Shown here: piece by piece, positions 34,665-47,300 of the stretch | Position numbering within the stretch: the first letter of the stretch is position 1 | How the letters are laid out: each line of letters begins with the position of its first letter | Assembly: GCF_044704955.1 (NCBI RefSeq) | Contig: NC_091987.1 | Coordinates: 69,006,001-69,070,000 of the forward strand | Direction: 5' to 3' | Source of the DNA: Pristiophorus japonicus | Lineage: Eukaryota | DNA: 64,000 nucleotides | Translations under genes and position numbers: made by a program | The notes under the pieces: model-generated | The model's database searches: none | The model's input: only the letters and a program-made list of their open reading frames with translations | What the model was told of the DNA's origin: nothing

Positions 34665-37600
34665 AAATGGAGGGTGAACAGCCAGTTGTCGTGGTGCATA
34701 TAGGCATCAACAATATAGGTAAAAAATGGGATGAGGTGCATATAGGTATCAACGATATAGGTAAAAAATGGGATGAGGTTCTACAAGACAAATTTAGGGA
34801 GCTAGGAGCTAAATTTAAAAAGTAGGACCTCAAAAGTAGTAATCTCAAGATTGCTACCAGTGCCACGTGCTTGTCAGAGTAGGAATCGCAGGATAGCTCA
34901 GATGGCTTGAGGAGTGGTGCAGAAGGGACGGATTCAAATTCCTGGGACATTGGAACCGGTTCTGGGGGAGGTGGGACCAGTACAAACCAGTCAGGCGACA
35001 CCTGGGCAGGACTGGAACCAATGTCCCAGGGGGAGTGTTTGCTAGTGCTGTTGGTGAGGATTTAAACTAATATGGCAAGGGGATGGGAACCTATGCAGGG
35101 AGACTGAGGGAAGTAGAATGGGGGTAGAAGCAAAAGATAGAAAGAAGAAAAGTAAAAGTGGAGGGCAGAGAAACCTAAAGCAAAAAGGGCCACATTACAG
35201 CAAAATTCTAAAGGGTTAGAAAGACAAGTCTGAAGGCTCTGTGCCTCAATGCGAGGAGTATTCAGAATAAGGTGGACGAATTAACTGCGCAGATAGCAGT
35301 TAATGGTTATGATGTAATTGGCATCACGGAGACATGGCTCCAGGGTGACCAAGGCTGGGAACTCAACATCCAGGGGTATTCAACATTTAGGAAGGATAAA
35401 CAGAAAGGAAAAGGAGGCGGGGTGGCATTGCTGGTTAAAGAGGAAATTAATGCAATAGTAAGGAAGCACATCAGCTTGGATGATGTGGAATCTGTATGGG
35501 TGGAGCTGCGGAATACCAAAGGGCAGAAAACACTCGTGGGAGTTGTGTACAGACCACCAAACAGTAGTAGTAAGGTTGGGGACATCATCAAACAAGAAAT
35601 AAGGGATGCGTGCAATAAAGGTACAGCAGTAATCATGGGTGATTTTAATCTACATATTGATTGGGTGAACCAAACTGGTAACAATACGGTAGAGGAGGAT
35701 TTCCTGGAGTGTATTAGGGATGGTTTTCCAGACCAATATGTCGAGGAACCAATTAGAGGGCTGGCCATCCTAGACTGGGTGATGTGTATTGAGAAAGGAC
35801 TAATTAGCAATCTTGTTGTGCGAGACCCCTTGGAGAAGAGTGACCATACTATGGTAGAATTCTTTATTAAGATGGAGAGTGACACAGCTAATTCAGAAAC
35901 TAGGGTCCTGAACTTAAGGAAAGGAAACTTCGATGGCATGACATTTGAATTAGCTAAAATTGACTGGCAAATGATATTTAGAGGATTGACGGGCAATGGC
36001 AAACATTCAAAGATCACATGGATGAACTTCAACAATTGTACATCCCTGTCTGGTGTAAAAATAAAACAGGGAAGGTGGCTCAACCGTAGCTCACAAGGGA
36101 AATTAAGGATAGTGTTAAATCCAAGGAAGAGGCATATAAATTGGCCAGAAAAAGCAGCAAACTGAGGACTGGGAGAAATTTAGAATTCAGCAGAAGAGGA
36201 CAAAGGGTTCAATTAAGAGAGGGGAAATAGAATATGAGAGGAAGCTTGCAGGGAACATAAAAACTGACTGCAAAAGCTTTTACAGATATGTGAAGAGAAA
36301 AAGATTAGTGAAGACAAATGTAGGTCCCTTGCAGTTGGATTCAGGTGAATTTATAATGGGGAACAAAGAAATGGCAGACCAATTGAACAAGTACTTTGGT
36401 TCTGTCTTCATGAAGGAAGACACAAATAACCTTCCGGAAGTAATAGGGGACCGAGAGTCTATTGAGAAGGAGGAACTGAAGGATATCCTTATTATGCGGG
36501 AAATTGTGTTAGGGAAATTGATGGGATTGAAGGCCGATAAATCCCCGGGGCCTGATAGTCTGCATCCCAGAGTACTTATGGAAGTGGCCCTAGAAATAGT
36601 GGAAGCATTGGTGATCATTTTCCAACAGTCTATCGACTCTGGATTAGTTCCTGTGGACTGGAGGGTGGCTAATGTACCATCACTTTTTAAAAAGGGAGGG
36701 AGAGAGAAAACGGGTAATTATAGACCAGTTAGCCTGACATCAGTAGTGGGGAAAATGTTGGAATCAATTATTAAGGATGAAATAGCAGCGCATTTGGAAA
36801 GCAGTGACAGGATCGGTCCAAGTCAGCATGGATTTATGAAAGGGAAATCATGCTTGACAAATCTTCTGGAATGTTTTGAGGATGTAACCAGTAGAGTGGA
36901 CAAGGGAGAACCAGTGGATGTGGTGTATTTGGACTTTCTAAAGGCTTTTGACAAGGTCCCACACAAGAGATTGGTGTGCAAAATCAAAGCACATGGTATT
37001 GGGGATAATGTACTGACGTGGATCGAGAACTGGTTGGCAGACAGGAAGCAGAGAGTCGAGATAAATGGGTCCTTTTCAGAATGGCAGACAGTGACTAGTG
37101 GAGTGCCGCAGGGCTCAGTGCTGGGACCCCAGCTCTTTACAATATACATTAATGATTTAGATGAAGAAATTGAGTGTAATATCTCCAAGTTTGCAGATGA
37201 CGCTAAACTGGATGGCGGTGTGAGCTGTGAGGAGGACGCTAAAAGGCTGCAGGGTGACTTGGACAGGTTAGGTGAGTGGGCAAATGCATGGCAGATGCAG
37301 TATAATGTGGATAAATGTGAGGTTATCCACTTTGGGGGCAAAAACACAAAGGCAGAATATTATCTGAATGGCGGCAGTTTTGGAAAAGGGGAGGTGCAAC
37401 GAGACCTGGGTGTCTTGGTTCATCAGTCATTGAAAGTTGGCATGCAGGTACAGCAGGCGGTGAAGAAGGAATGTTGGCCTTCATAGCTAGGGGATTTGAG
37501 TGTAGGAGCAGGGAGGTCTTACTGCAGTTGTGCAGGGCCTTGGTGAGGCCTCACCTGGAATATTGTGTTCAGTTTTGGTCTCCTAATCTGAGGAAGGACG

Positions 37601-38111
37601 TTTTTGCTATTGAGGGAGTGCAGCGAAGGTTCACCAGACTGATTCCAGGGATGGCTGGACTGACATATGAGGAGAGACTGGACCAACTGGGCCTTTATAC
37701 ACTGGAGTTTAGAAGGATGAGGGGGGATCTCATAGAAACATGTAAGATTCTGACGGGACTGGACAAGTTAGATGCGGGAAGAATGTTCCCGATGTTGGGG
37801 AAGTCCAGAACTAGGGTCACAGTCTTAGGATAAGGAGTAGGCCTTTTAAGACTGAAATGAGGTGAAACTTCTTCACTCAGAGAGTTGTTAACCTGTGGAA
37901 ATCCCTGCTGCAGAGAGTTGTTGATGCCAGTTCATTGGATATATTCAAGAAGGAGTTATATATGGCCCTTAAGGCTAGGAGGATCAAGGGGTATGGAGAG
38001 AAAGCAGGAAAGGGGTACTGAGGGAATGATCAGCCATGATCTTATTGAATGGTGGTACAGGCTCGAAGGGCCGACTGGCCTACTCCTGCACCTATTTTCT
38101 ATGTTTCTATG
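34665..38111 (+). mobile_element. Long CR1 with an ORF1 SGNH-esterase remnant and near-complete ORF2
   Basis: ORF1 VVVHIGINDIG...LLPVPRA. ORF2 endonuclease (GITETWL, VVYRPP, GDFN, SDH) at 35272-36165 and RT at 36290-37833. ttctatg tail. Confidence 0.92.
34693..34776 (+). repeat. 42-bp tandem duplication in CR1 ORF1
   Basis: ggtgcatatagg(c/t)atcaac(a/g)atataggtaaaaaatgggatga twice. Confidence 0.9.
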
Positions 38112-39479
38112 ATGATGAGTGGGGTGCCGCAGGGATCGGTGCTGGGTCCTCAACTATTTACAATCTATATTAATGACTTGGATGAAGGGACCGAGTGTAA
38201 TGTAGTCAAGGTTGCTGATGATACAAAGTTGGGTGGGAAAGCAAATTGTGAGGAGGATACAGAAAATCTGCAAAGGGATATAGACAGGCTAAGTGAGTGG
38301 GCAAAAATTTGGCAGATTGAGTATAATGTGGGAAATTATGAGGTTATCCACTTTGGCAAAAATAATAGAAAAGCAAATTATAATTTAAATGGAGAAAAAT
38401 TGCAAAGTGCCGCAGTAAAGAGAGACCTGGCCTTGTGCATGAAACACAAAAAGTTAGTATGCAGGTACAGCAAGTAATCAGGAAGGCAAATGGAATGTTG
38501 GCCTTTATTGCAAGGGGGAGAGTATAAAAGCAGAGAAGTCCTGTTACAGCTGTACAGGGTATTGGTGAGGCCACACCTGGAGTACTGTGTAGTTTTGGTC
38601 TCCGTATTTAAGGAAGGATATATTTGCATTGGAGGCCGCTTAGAGAAGGTTCACTAGGTTGATTCTGAAGATGAGAGGGTTGACTTATGAGGATAGGTCG
38701 AATAGGTTAGGCCTATGTACATTGAAGTTCAGAAGAATGAGAAGTGATCTTATTGAAACATATAAGATAATGAGGGGGCTTGACAAGGTGGATGCAGAGA
38801 GGATATTTCCACTCATAGGGGAAACTAAAACTAGGAGACATAGTCTTAGAATAAGGAGCCACCCCTTTTAAAACTGAGATGAGGAGAAATTTCTTCTCTG
38901 AGGGTTGCAAATCTATGGAATTCTCTGTACCAGAGAGCTGTGGAGACTGGTTCATTGAATATATTTAAGGAGGAGATAAATAGATTTTTGAGCGATAATG
39001 GAGTAAAAGATTATGGGGAGCGGGCAGAGAAGTGGAGCTGAGTTCATGATCAGCTCATGATCTTATTGAATGGCGGAGCAGGCTCGGGGAGCCAAATGGC
39101 CTACTCCTATTTCTTATGTTCTTAATGACCTGATAATCCATTTTGTGGTGTTGATTGAGGGGTAAATATTGGCCAGGATACTGGAACAACTTCCCTGCTT
39201 TTCTTTATAGTGCCATGGAATCTTTTACATCCACCTAAGAGAGCCGACAGGACCTCCGACAGCACAACACTCCCTCAATACTTAACTAAAGTGACAGTCT
39301 GAGTGGGACTTGAATCCATAACCTTGTGACTGAGGTGTAATGCGACCAACTGAGCCAAGGCTGACACCGAATGAAATGTTGACTGGTCTGTTTGCTGCAC
39401 AGATGTTGACTAACCTGCTGTGTATTTTCAGCAATTTCTGTTTTTGTTGCCGATTTCCAATATTTGCGATGTTTTACAT

Positions 39480-40480
39480 TTATACAAACTTGACAGGTTT
39501 AAATGACCTTTGTAAAGACACACGGACTGGATAGGCTCCTTGACACGAGTCTTCCAAACCTGAACTGGCAGTACCTGCAGCCGATGCAGATTGAACCTTG
39601 AAGAAAACTCTTGTCTCAGAGCCAATGTTTGAGTATTTTAATCCCGCCTTGCTGGTGCAGATTGGTGTATTGACCTGGGCGTGTAAGCTGTTGGTTGGCC
39701 TTGTCTGGCAGTCAATCACAAGAGAAGTTGGCCTGTGATTGAAAGTGACGAGTTTGGACGAAAAATTTGGGAGTTTATTTTGCTGGAAACTTTCTTGGAT
39801 TTGGAAGCCCCAGTTCAGACTAACAGCGTTCGGAGTTACATAACTATAGCACAGTCTGACTTTATGCCATGAGGATTTAAACAATATTCAGTGGGGAAAA
39901 CCTGAAGGAAAAAAAGTTACGGAAAGTTGTCGGGATTGGTGGTTCTGGTTGAGTGAAGAACGAGGAATGTGTTCGGAATGGAGACGAGGGAAAGTTTGAT
40001 TTATATTTAGTAAAAGGGGAAATCGGGTGGTGCCGTTTGATGTTATATGGTGACCTACATTGTAATATCGAGCAGTGCCTGTGAAATTCATTAATTACAA
40101 AGTGATCGAACACTTTGATCATTTGACACCAGAATTAAAAATAAAAGTGGATTAATATACTGTGACTGGACACATTTCTTAAATACTTAATAATCTTCAT
40201 TAGATATCTGCATTGGATATTATAGTAGAAAATGGGTGGGGAGTTTTAAATTATGAAATACATATTTTAGTGCCCGCAGAGCAATAGGCACCATTGGAGT
40301 AAGTCAAGTGACGAACTGATGTATTTAAGGATTCAGATTTAAATCTCATTAAACTATTAATATCAACCAGTTAGGATGCTGGAGGATTTTTTGGGGATGT
40401 TGAGATGTTTTTTTAATGCACTTGGGATTGAGCAAATTGAATTAAATTTAGTTTTGCATATTTTTCTGTAAATTTCCAAA
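39480..40480 (+). promoter_or_regulatory. Putative TRIM45 promoter / 5' region
   Basis: A repeat-free kilobase directly upstream of the ATG, with ATTGG (CCAAT-box) motifs near 39661 and 39934 and more CpG than its surroundings. No TSS can be placed. Confidence 0.35.
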
Positions 40481-40481
40481 A

Positions 40482-40960
40482 ATGTCAGAGAATCAGGAAA
40501 CGTTGGGAAATAACTCTGCTAAAACTGCTGCACCGCCCTCGACAAGTTCAGAATCTCTGCGGAGCTGCAGGACAAAGTGTTTGGTTTGTAAAAACTTTTA
40601 CACCGATCCGAAGATCTTGCCTTGCCTGCACACGTTCTGTCTGGGCTGTGTGAGCGGCTTGGAGCAGTTCTCTGTCCCTCGCACTCAGAGGGAGGTTGAG
40701 TGTGGATCTGGGGGATCATTAGATTGCTCCGAGCCCGGGGCCTCTATCCTGTGCCCAGTCTGTGACTGTGAGGTGCATGTACCGGCTGCTGGAGCGCCAG
40801 GGCTGACTAGTAACCATCTGATTCAGAATGAGGTTTTACTGGAGAGTCTGAAGAGACCCGACTACAGGTTAGTCTGTGATCTTTGTAACGATGGAAATGC
40901 TGAAAGAAGGTGTCACATCTGTTCAGCAAATCTCTGTGACTTCTGCTCCAAAGCACACAG
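40482..40960 (+). CDS. TRIM45: TRIM45 coding exon 1 (RING and B-box 1)
   Basis: RING CLVC...LPCLHTFCLGC...CPVC and B-box CDLC...CHIC...LCDFC...H. Donor AG|GTAAGA at 40961 (phase 2). Confidence 0.88.
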
Positions 40961-41094
40961 GTAAGACTCTGGACTAGTGATTAGGATTTTATTGGTTCCC
41001 CTTGTATGCATCTTCAAAGCTTTATTTATTGTGTGCAATGATTCTAGTGAACTATACCATTGTAGGAAAGAGATCTAATTTTTTAAAATTATTC

Positions 41095-41820
41095 GATAAC
41101 AGGTTGTGGGCATCGCTGGCAAGGCCAGCATTTATTGCCCATTCCTAATTGCCCTTGAGAAGTGGGTGGTGAGCCGCTGCCTTGAACCGCTGCAGTCCTT
41201 GTGGTGAAGTTACTCCCATGGTGCTGACTTTGTCACAGCCATTTGTTACAACGAAGTGGCTTGCTAGGCCATTTCAGAGGGCAGTTAAGAGTCAACCACA
41301 TTGCTGTGGGTCTGGAGTCACGTATAGGCCAGACTGGGCAAGGATGCCAGATTTCCTTCCCTAAAGGACTTTAGTGAATCAGATAGGTTTTTATGACAAT
41401 CCAGTCGTTTCTGGTCACCATTACTGATACTAGCTTTTTAAAATTCCAGATTAAAAAAAAAATCACCTGAATTTAAATCCCCCAGCTGTGTGGTGAGATT
41501 TGAACTCTCGTCTCTGGATTACTAGTCCTGTATCATAACCCTCACTCACAGGCAGTCCCTCAAAACAAGGATGACTTGCTTCCATGCCAAAAAAGGATGA
41601 GTTCACAGGTGTTTCTATGAAGGACCTGAATTACATCCTGAAGGGTGGAAGATGCCTGTGCGTGAATTTTAAAAAAAAAATGTGTGGTGGCCGTTGCACA
41701 CCAGCCACCACACGGGCTTGACAGAGCTAGGTCTTGGTCCAGTGGCAAGGATTACCCAAGACGACTGGAGACCAGTTCTGCTGCACGGACCTAACATAAC
41801 CACAATGCTTCTGTACCCCC
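41095..41820 (-). mobile_element. tRNA-headed SINE-like element with a CR1-type tail (split by 41541-41794)
   Basis: The minus strand begins ggggtacagaagcattgtggttatg...gagttcaaatc (A/B-box-like) and ends gggcaataaatgctggccttgccagcgatgcccac. Confidence 0.6.
41541..41794 (-). mobile_element. 5'-truncated bipartite RTE-related element
   Basis: Reverse complement of the 3' half of 12156-12851. TSD CATAACC at 41534-41540 and 41795-41801. Confidence 0.78.
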
Positions 41821-42020
41821 TATAGATGTCACTTCATTATAATATTTTATGTCCTGACATATAATGTAATTAAATAAGGGTAAGATTATTAAGTAAGCTG
41901 CACTTTTCAAACTGATATGAGGCATAGCCACTTTACAATTAAATTAATCTAGTTAAAACTGAAAATAACCATGGTTGGTGCTCATCAGTTTTTAAGCTGT
42001 AAAACTCATCATTCCTGCAG

Positions 42021-42757
42021 GAGGCAGAGGATGACTGCTTCTCACAACACAGTGGCCCTGAAGGAGCTACAAGGTGGAACTGAGAGAATGGTGAAGCCCA
42101 TCATGTGCTCTGCTCATCATGCAGAGGAACTGAGACTATTTTGTGAGACATGTGATCGTTTGGTCTGCAGGGATTGTTGCATGGTGGATCATCGTGACCA
42201 TAACTGTGACTTTATTGCTACTGTCATCAACAAACATGGCAGTTTCATCAGGGAGCTTCTGAAGCAAGCACAGCCACACATTGGTGCATTGCAGGAGACT
42301 TTGCAAAAGATTGGCAATACTCGGCAGCTAGTACATGAGCGGCTGAGAGTGATAACTGAAGAAATTAATAGTTTTACAGAGGATTATATCCGGGCTTTAG
42401 AGAAACATCGGAACAGACTTTTGAAAGAGCTGGAAGAGTTGAGAGTCCAGAAGGAGGATTCCCTGTATCTGCAGCAGATCCAGTTGGAACAGGTCCTGGC
42501 GGATATGAAGACTGGAGTGGATTTCACCGAGCACTTGCTGACCAGTGGGTCTCATGCGGAAATCCTACTAACCAAATGTGTGGTAGTCAACCGACTGAAA
42601 CAGCTGAATAAGGTTAGTTACAGCACGCACCCTGGAGAGGATGATGGGATATGGTTCCAACCGCAGGAGAGAGCAGGACAGTGCGATGGGGTTGAGGTGT
42701 TCGGAATCATTGTCACAAAGGCAGTTGATCCCAGCAAGTGTGTTCTTCAGGGTGAAG
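42021..42757 (+). CDS. TRIM45: TRIM45 coding exon 2 (B-box 2, coiled coil, filamin start)
   Basis: Acceptor ttcctgcag| at 42020. CSAHHAEELRLFCETCDRLVCRDC...HRDHNC, a coiled coil, and VDPSKCVLQGE. Donor G|GTAAGA at 42758 (phase 1). Confidence 0.9.
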
Positions 42758-43624
42758 GTAAGAGAGAAAGACAAACTTAACTTTTCAAGTATTGAATTTC
42801 TTTAAAGTTTTTGAATTATTTATGCATCTCCCGTAGATTTGGTTGTGCTGTGAGGGTTGGAGGCCTCGGTGCAAGTGGCAGAGTGGGGTTGTGGCAGAGT
42901 AGAAAGGGAGTGCCAAGTATGAGGTGAGGGCCGTCAATTGGGAGGTCTATGATAGAGAACAACAGGCAATGCTGGTGGTTACAGGGTGGTAACATGCTGA
43001 AGGTGTTATGAAGGTAAGTTATGACGACCTTGGTGTTCCACATTTGCTGGGTAGCTGTGTACTATCATGATGGAAGGAAAAAGGAGTATCATGTTGTTCA
43101 CAGTAGAAACACAAATCACTGGATTCAATCAGAAAATCTGGACAGGAGCCAACATTTCAACACTCAGAAAGCCAATGCCTAAGGCTGCAGACACAAACAT
43201 TATATTTTGATAAATATGTCGGATCTGAGGGCCTGGGTTGAAATCTTGTATGATGGCGCCTGTCATTTCACTTTACTGTTTATGGAGGATAATGCATATT
43301 TTTATAGTTAACTTTATGTAAAGTCATGAAACAATAGGAGACATACTGATAGAAAAAGTTCGAGACACCGAGTGTATGAATGGTCAAAGGGGTAGGCAGG
43401 TGGAAAGGGAAACATGGAAATCTGGCAAAGTGGAGCAGGCACCACTACCACAGGAAAACAAACAAAGTAAAATACTGTAAATAAAAACACAAAATTCTAG
43501 AAACACTCAGCTGGTCAGGCAGCATCTGTGGAGAGAGGGAGGTTGATGATCTATCATCAGAGCCAGGTTCCGCTGAACATTTTCTGTTTTTATTCCATTG
43601 GCACAGGATCTTGGTAGAAGAAAA

Positions 43625-44330
43625 AATGCAGGTTGACACCAAAGTGATCATTCTTTGTGTCTAAATAAACTTCCCTCTGATCTCTCTCTCAAATTTTCCC
43701 TTTTCTAGTTTGAACCTGTGTCCCCTTGTTCTACTCACATTAATTTAAAGTAATATTCCGGGTTTACCTTTTCTGTTCCATTAACTATCTTGCATGTCTC
43801 TACAAGATGACCTCTGACCCCTCCTTTCCAGGATGAAAAGCCAAGGTTTCTGAAGTCATTCTTCATCATTCACACCCATGCTCTTCACTTTCTGTAAGCT
43901 TCATGACTTTCTCTGCACTACTTGAATGTTTATCTTATAACTAAAACTGGACAAAGTAATTGAGATGCGGTCTGACCAGAGAGTTGTATAGTTTCAGCAT
44001 GCCATCCTCTGACTTGCACTGTACTGATGTAGCAATATAGTTCACCAGTTTATTTAGCTTGTTGAATGTTCCCGAATGACTGGACACGTTGAGTCTGCCC
44101 CCCCTCCCCCCACCCCCAATTTGTTCAACACTATTCAGAGAGTAGATTAATTACCCATGTTTTTTTCTGCAATGAACAGTGCCTAACATTTATCCAAAGC
44201 AAGTTTCATCTAAGTGTCCATTTTATCTAGCCCATTCTGTAGAGTGCCTCAGCAGACCTCCAATGTCTCTCTTCCATTGTTCAGCTTCATCTGACTGCCC
44301 ACATGATTCCATTCTTTTGTGCTTCTCCAG
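43625..44330 (-). mobile_element. Highly decayed CR1 fragment
   Basis: Residual reversed CR1 C-terminal sequence (gaacctgtgtccccttgttc...cttcatctg). Confidence 0.5.
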
Positions 44331-44399
44331 CAATAGGTTCTCTTCCTAACCCCTCACAGTCATCTCTGGAGTTCTTCAAGAAACTTTCCTTAGTCCAGC

Positions 44400-47300
44400 A
44401 ACACAACAACAACAACAACTTGTATTTATATAGCACCTTTAACATAGTAAAACATCCCAAGCCGGTTCACAGGAGTGTTAAAAGACAACACATTGACACC
44501 AAGCCAGTTGAGAAATTAGGGCGGATGTCCAAAAGCTTGGTCATAGATGTAGGTTTTAAGGAGTGTCTTAAATGAGGATAGAGAGGCGGAGAGATTTAGG
44601 GAGGGAATTTGAGAGCTTGGGGCTTAGGTAGCTGAAGGCACGGACACCGATGGTTGGTTGAGCGATTTATTACATGGAATATATGGCACAGAAACAGGCC
44701 ATTGTTCTATTGATGGCCTCTAGTTATGTTCTTCCCCACAAGTGGAAACATTCTCTCTGTATCCACTCTTATCAAAACCATTCATAATTTTAAGACCACT
44801 ATTAGGTCACCCTAAGCCGCCTTTTCTCAAGAGCAAAGAGACCCAGACTGTTCATCCTTTCCTGATATATATATCCTTGCATTTCGAGTATCTTTGTAAA
44901 TCTTCTCTGCACCCTCTCCAGTGTCTCTATATCCTTTTTATAATATGGCGCCCAGAACTGTATGCATTAGTGATCTAACCAAGATTTGATACAGGTTTCG
45001 CATAACTTCCCTACTTTTCAATTCTATACCTCTAGAAATAAACCCTAGTACTTGATTTGCTCTTTTTATGGCCTTGCTAACCTCTGTCGCAACTTTTAGT
45101 TGTTTGTGTATTTGTACTCCGAGATCCCTTTGTGTTCCTCTACCCCACCTAGACTCGTGACCTCCCTATTCTTCCTACCAAAATGTAATAACTCAAACTG
45201 TGCCAATTTTATGCCTATTCTGAAAGTTTATTCTTGTCCTCCTGTAATTTGTTGCAGTCTTCCTTAGTATTGACTATCCCCACCCCCCCAATTTGGTGTC
45301 ATCTGCAAATTTAGAAATTGTGGTTTTGATTCCAAAGTCTAAATCGTTAATGTAAATTGTGAACAGCAGTGGTCCCAGCACTGATCCTTGTGGAACACAA
45401 CTACCCACCTTCTGCCAATGTGGCTAGCTACCCTTTACTCATACTCTCTGCTTTCTTGAAACTAGCTAGCTAGCAATTCTGCTACTTGTCCCCTGACTCT
45501 GCATTCTCTGACTTTGTTCATCAGTCTATTATCGGGCATCTTATCAAAGGCCTTTTGAAAATCTAGATAAATTACATCTACTGCATTACCATTGTCTACT
45601 TTCTCTGTTATCTCTTCAAAAAATTCAACAAGGTTGGTTAAGCAAGACTTTCCCTTTATGAAATCCATGCTGACTATTCATTTTTTTTTTTGGTTTCTAG
45701 ATGTTCTATTTTCTCCTTTTAAGTAGGGCTTCCATTATTTTTCCTATCACAGATTCCCTGGACGTGTTCTATCCCCCTTCTTAAATATAGGTATTACGTT
45801 AGCTATCTGCCAATCCTCTGGCACTTCACCTTTTTCTAACGAATTATTAAATATGTGTAGTAATGCCTCTGCTATCTCTTCCCTAGATTCTTTTAAAATG
45901 TGTTGATGCAATCCATCTGGACCAGGGGTTTTATCTTCTTTGTGTTTGATTTAGTTTATTTAATATATCCCCTTTCTTAATTTTAAATGCGCTTATCTCA
46001 TTACCAATCATCCAATGTTGTGTCCACCTGTTCTATCTTGCTGGTAAATTCTGCAGCAAAATAATTATTTAATATTTCTGCTATCTCTCTATCGTTGCCT
46101 GTGGTATTATCGTGTCTATGTCTTATTGGCCCTACTCCCATCCCAACCTTTTTTTAATTATATTTGTAAAATATTTTATTATTTTGTTCCTTGATTATCT
46201 AATTTCATAGTTCCTCTTTGCCGTCCTAATTTTTTTTTGACTTCTCTCCTAATCTCTTTGTATTCTTGCTTATCATGCACTCCCCTGCTATCTAAGTGCG
46301 TAATGTATGCCTCTTTCTTTACCCTCAATTGTTCCCTTATGGCTTTATTCATCCATGGAGTTTCATTAGTGTTTAGTTTGTTCTTTCCTTTTAGTGGAAT
46401 ATATTTTTCCTGCACTCTGTTGAATACCGTTTTAAATGTTTCCCATTGCTGTTCTACATTGTTGTTTGCCAATGTTGTTGCCCATTTTATTTTCCCATGT
46501 TCTATTTTCAAACCCTTAAAATCAGCTTTTTTCCAATCTATTAACCTGGTTTTGTCATACTTATGTCCTTCTCTCATTTCGCACATTACAACAGTAACTA
46601 CACTCCAAAAAGTACTTCATTGGCTATAAAGCACTTTGAGATGTCCATCGTAAAGCATATTAAATTATGGTCACTATTGCCTAAATGTTCCCCTACTATT
46701 ACTTCTCTTACCTGCTCTAATTCATTTCCTATTTAATAGCAAATCCTGCCTTGTTGGGCTTTTTACATATTGGGTTAGAAAGGAGTCCTGTACACACACA
46801 GGAACTCCATTCCCTTATCCCCTTTACCTACCTCTTCAGTCCAATTAATATCAGGGTAGTTGATATCCCCCATGATTATTATTCTATGCTTTTTACTCAT
46901 TTCCTTACTTTGCATATTTTTTCCTCCACCTCCCTTCCACTATTAGTGTGATTGATCCTTCATTATCTTTTATATCTACCCAAATGGATTATATTTGTGT
47001 ATTGCTGATAGCTGCGTCACTTACAATCAGGGATGCTCAAGAGGGCAGAATTTGAGGAACGCAGATATCTTGGGCAGAGTGGGGAGGTGGAGGGTGGCGG
47101 GGTTGTGGGGCTGAAGGCGATTACAGAGATGGGGAGGGGCGAGGCCACGGAGTGGTTTGAAAACAAGAGTGAGCATTTTGAAATTGAGGCATTGCTTAAC
47201 TGAGAGCCAACGTGGGTCAGCAGGCACAGAGGTGATGGGTGAACTTGGTGCGAGTTAGGACACGGGCAGCCAAGCTTTGGATGATCTCAAGTTTACGTAT

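Larger units (their letters stand above)
32350..39122 (+). mobile_element. CR1 LINE (32350-34058 plus 38118-39122) hosting an RTE and a second CR1
   Basis: Endonuclease and RT remnants. ttcttatg tail at 39111-39124. Confidence 0.88.
32315..39368 (-). mobile_element. DeuSINE (SacSINE1-like), split by a 6.8-kb nested insertion
   Basis: tRNA-like head and Deu core (gtgccatggaatcttttacatccacc) at 39125-39368. Continuation cccacaaacaacaatgagataatga at ~32325-32349. TSD TAATGA at 32344-32349 and 39123-39128. Confidence 0.7.

Noticed and set aside
35307-37347. Long antisense ORFs over CR1 ORF2 (here and at other CR1/RTE copies)
   Set aside because: Recurrent shadow frames of LINE coding sequence.
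41971-42020. N-terminal MVGAHQFLSCKTHHSC of the 269-aa ORF as a separate gene start
   Set aside because: This is intronic read-through. The acceptor at 42020 joins exon 1 in the correct phase.
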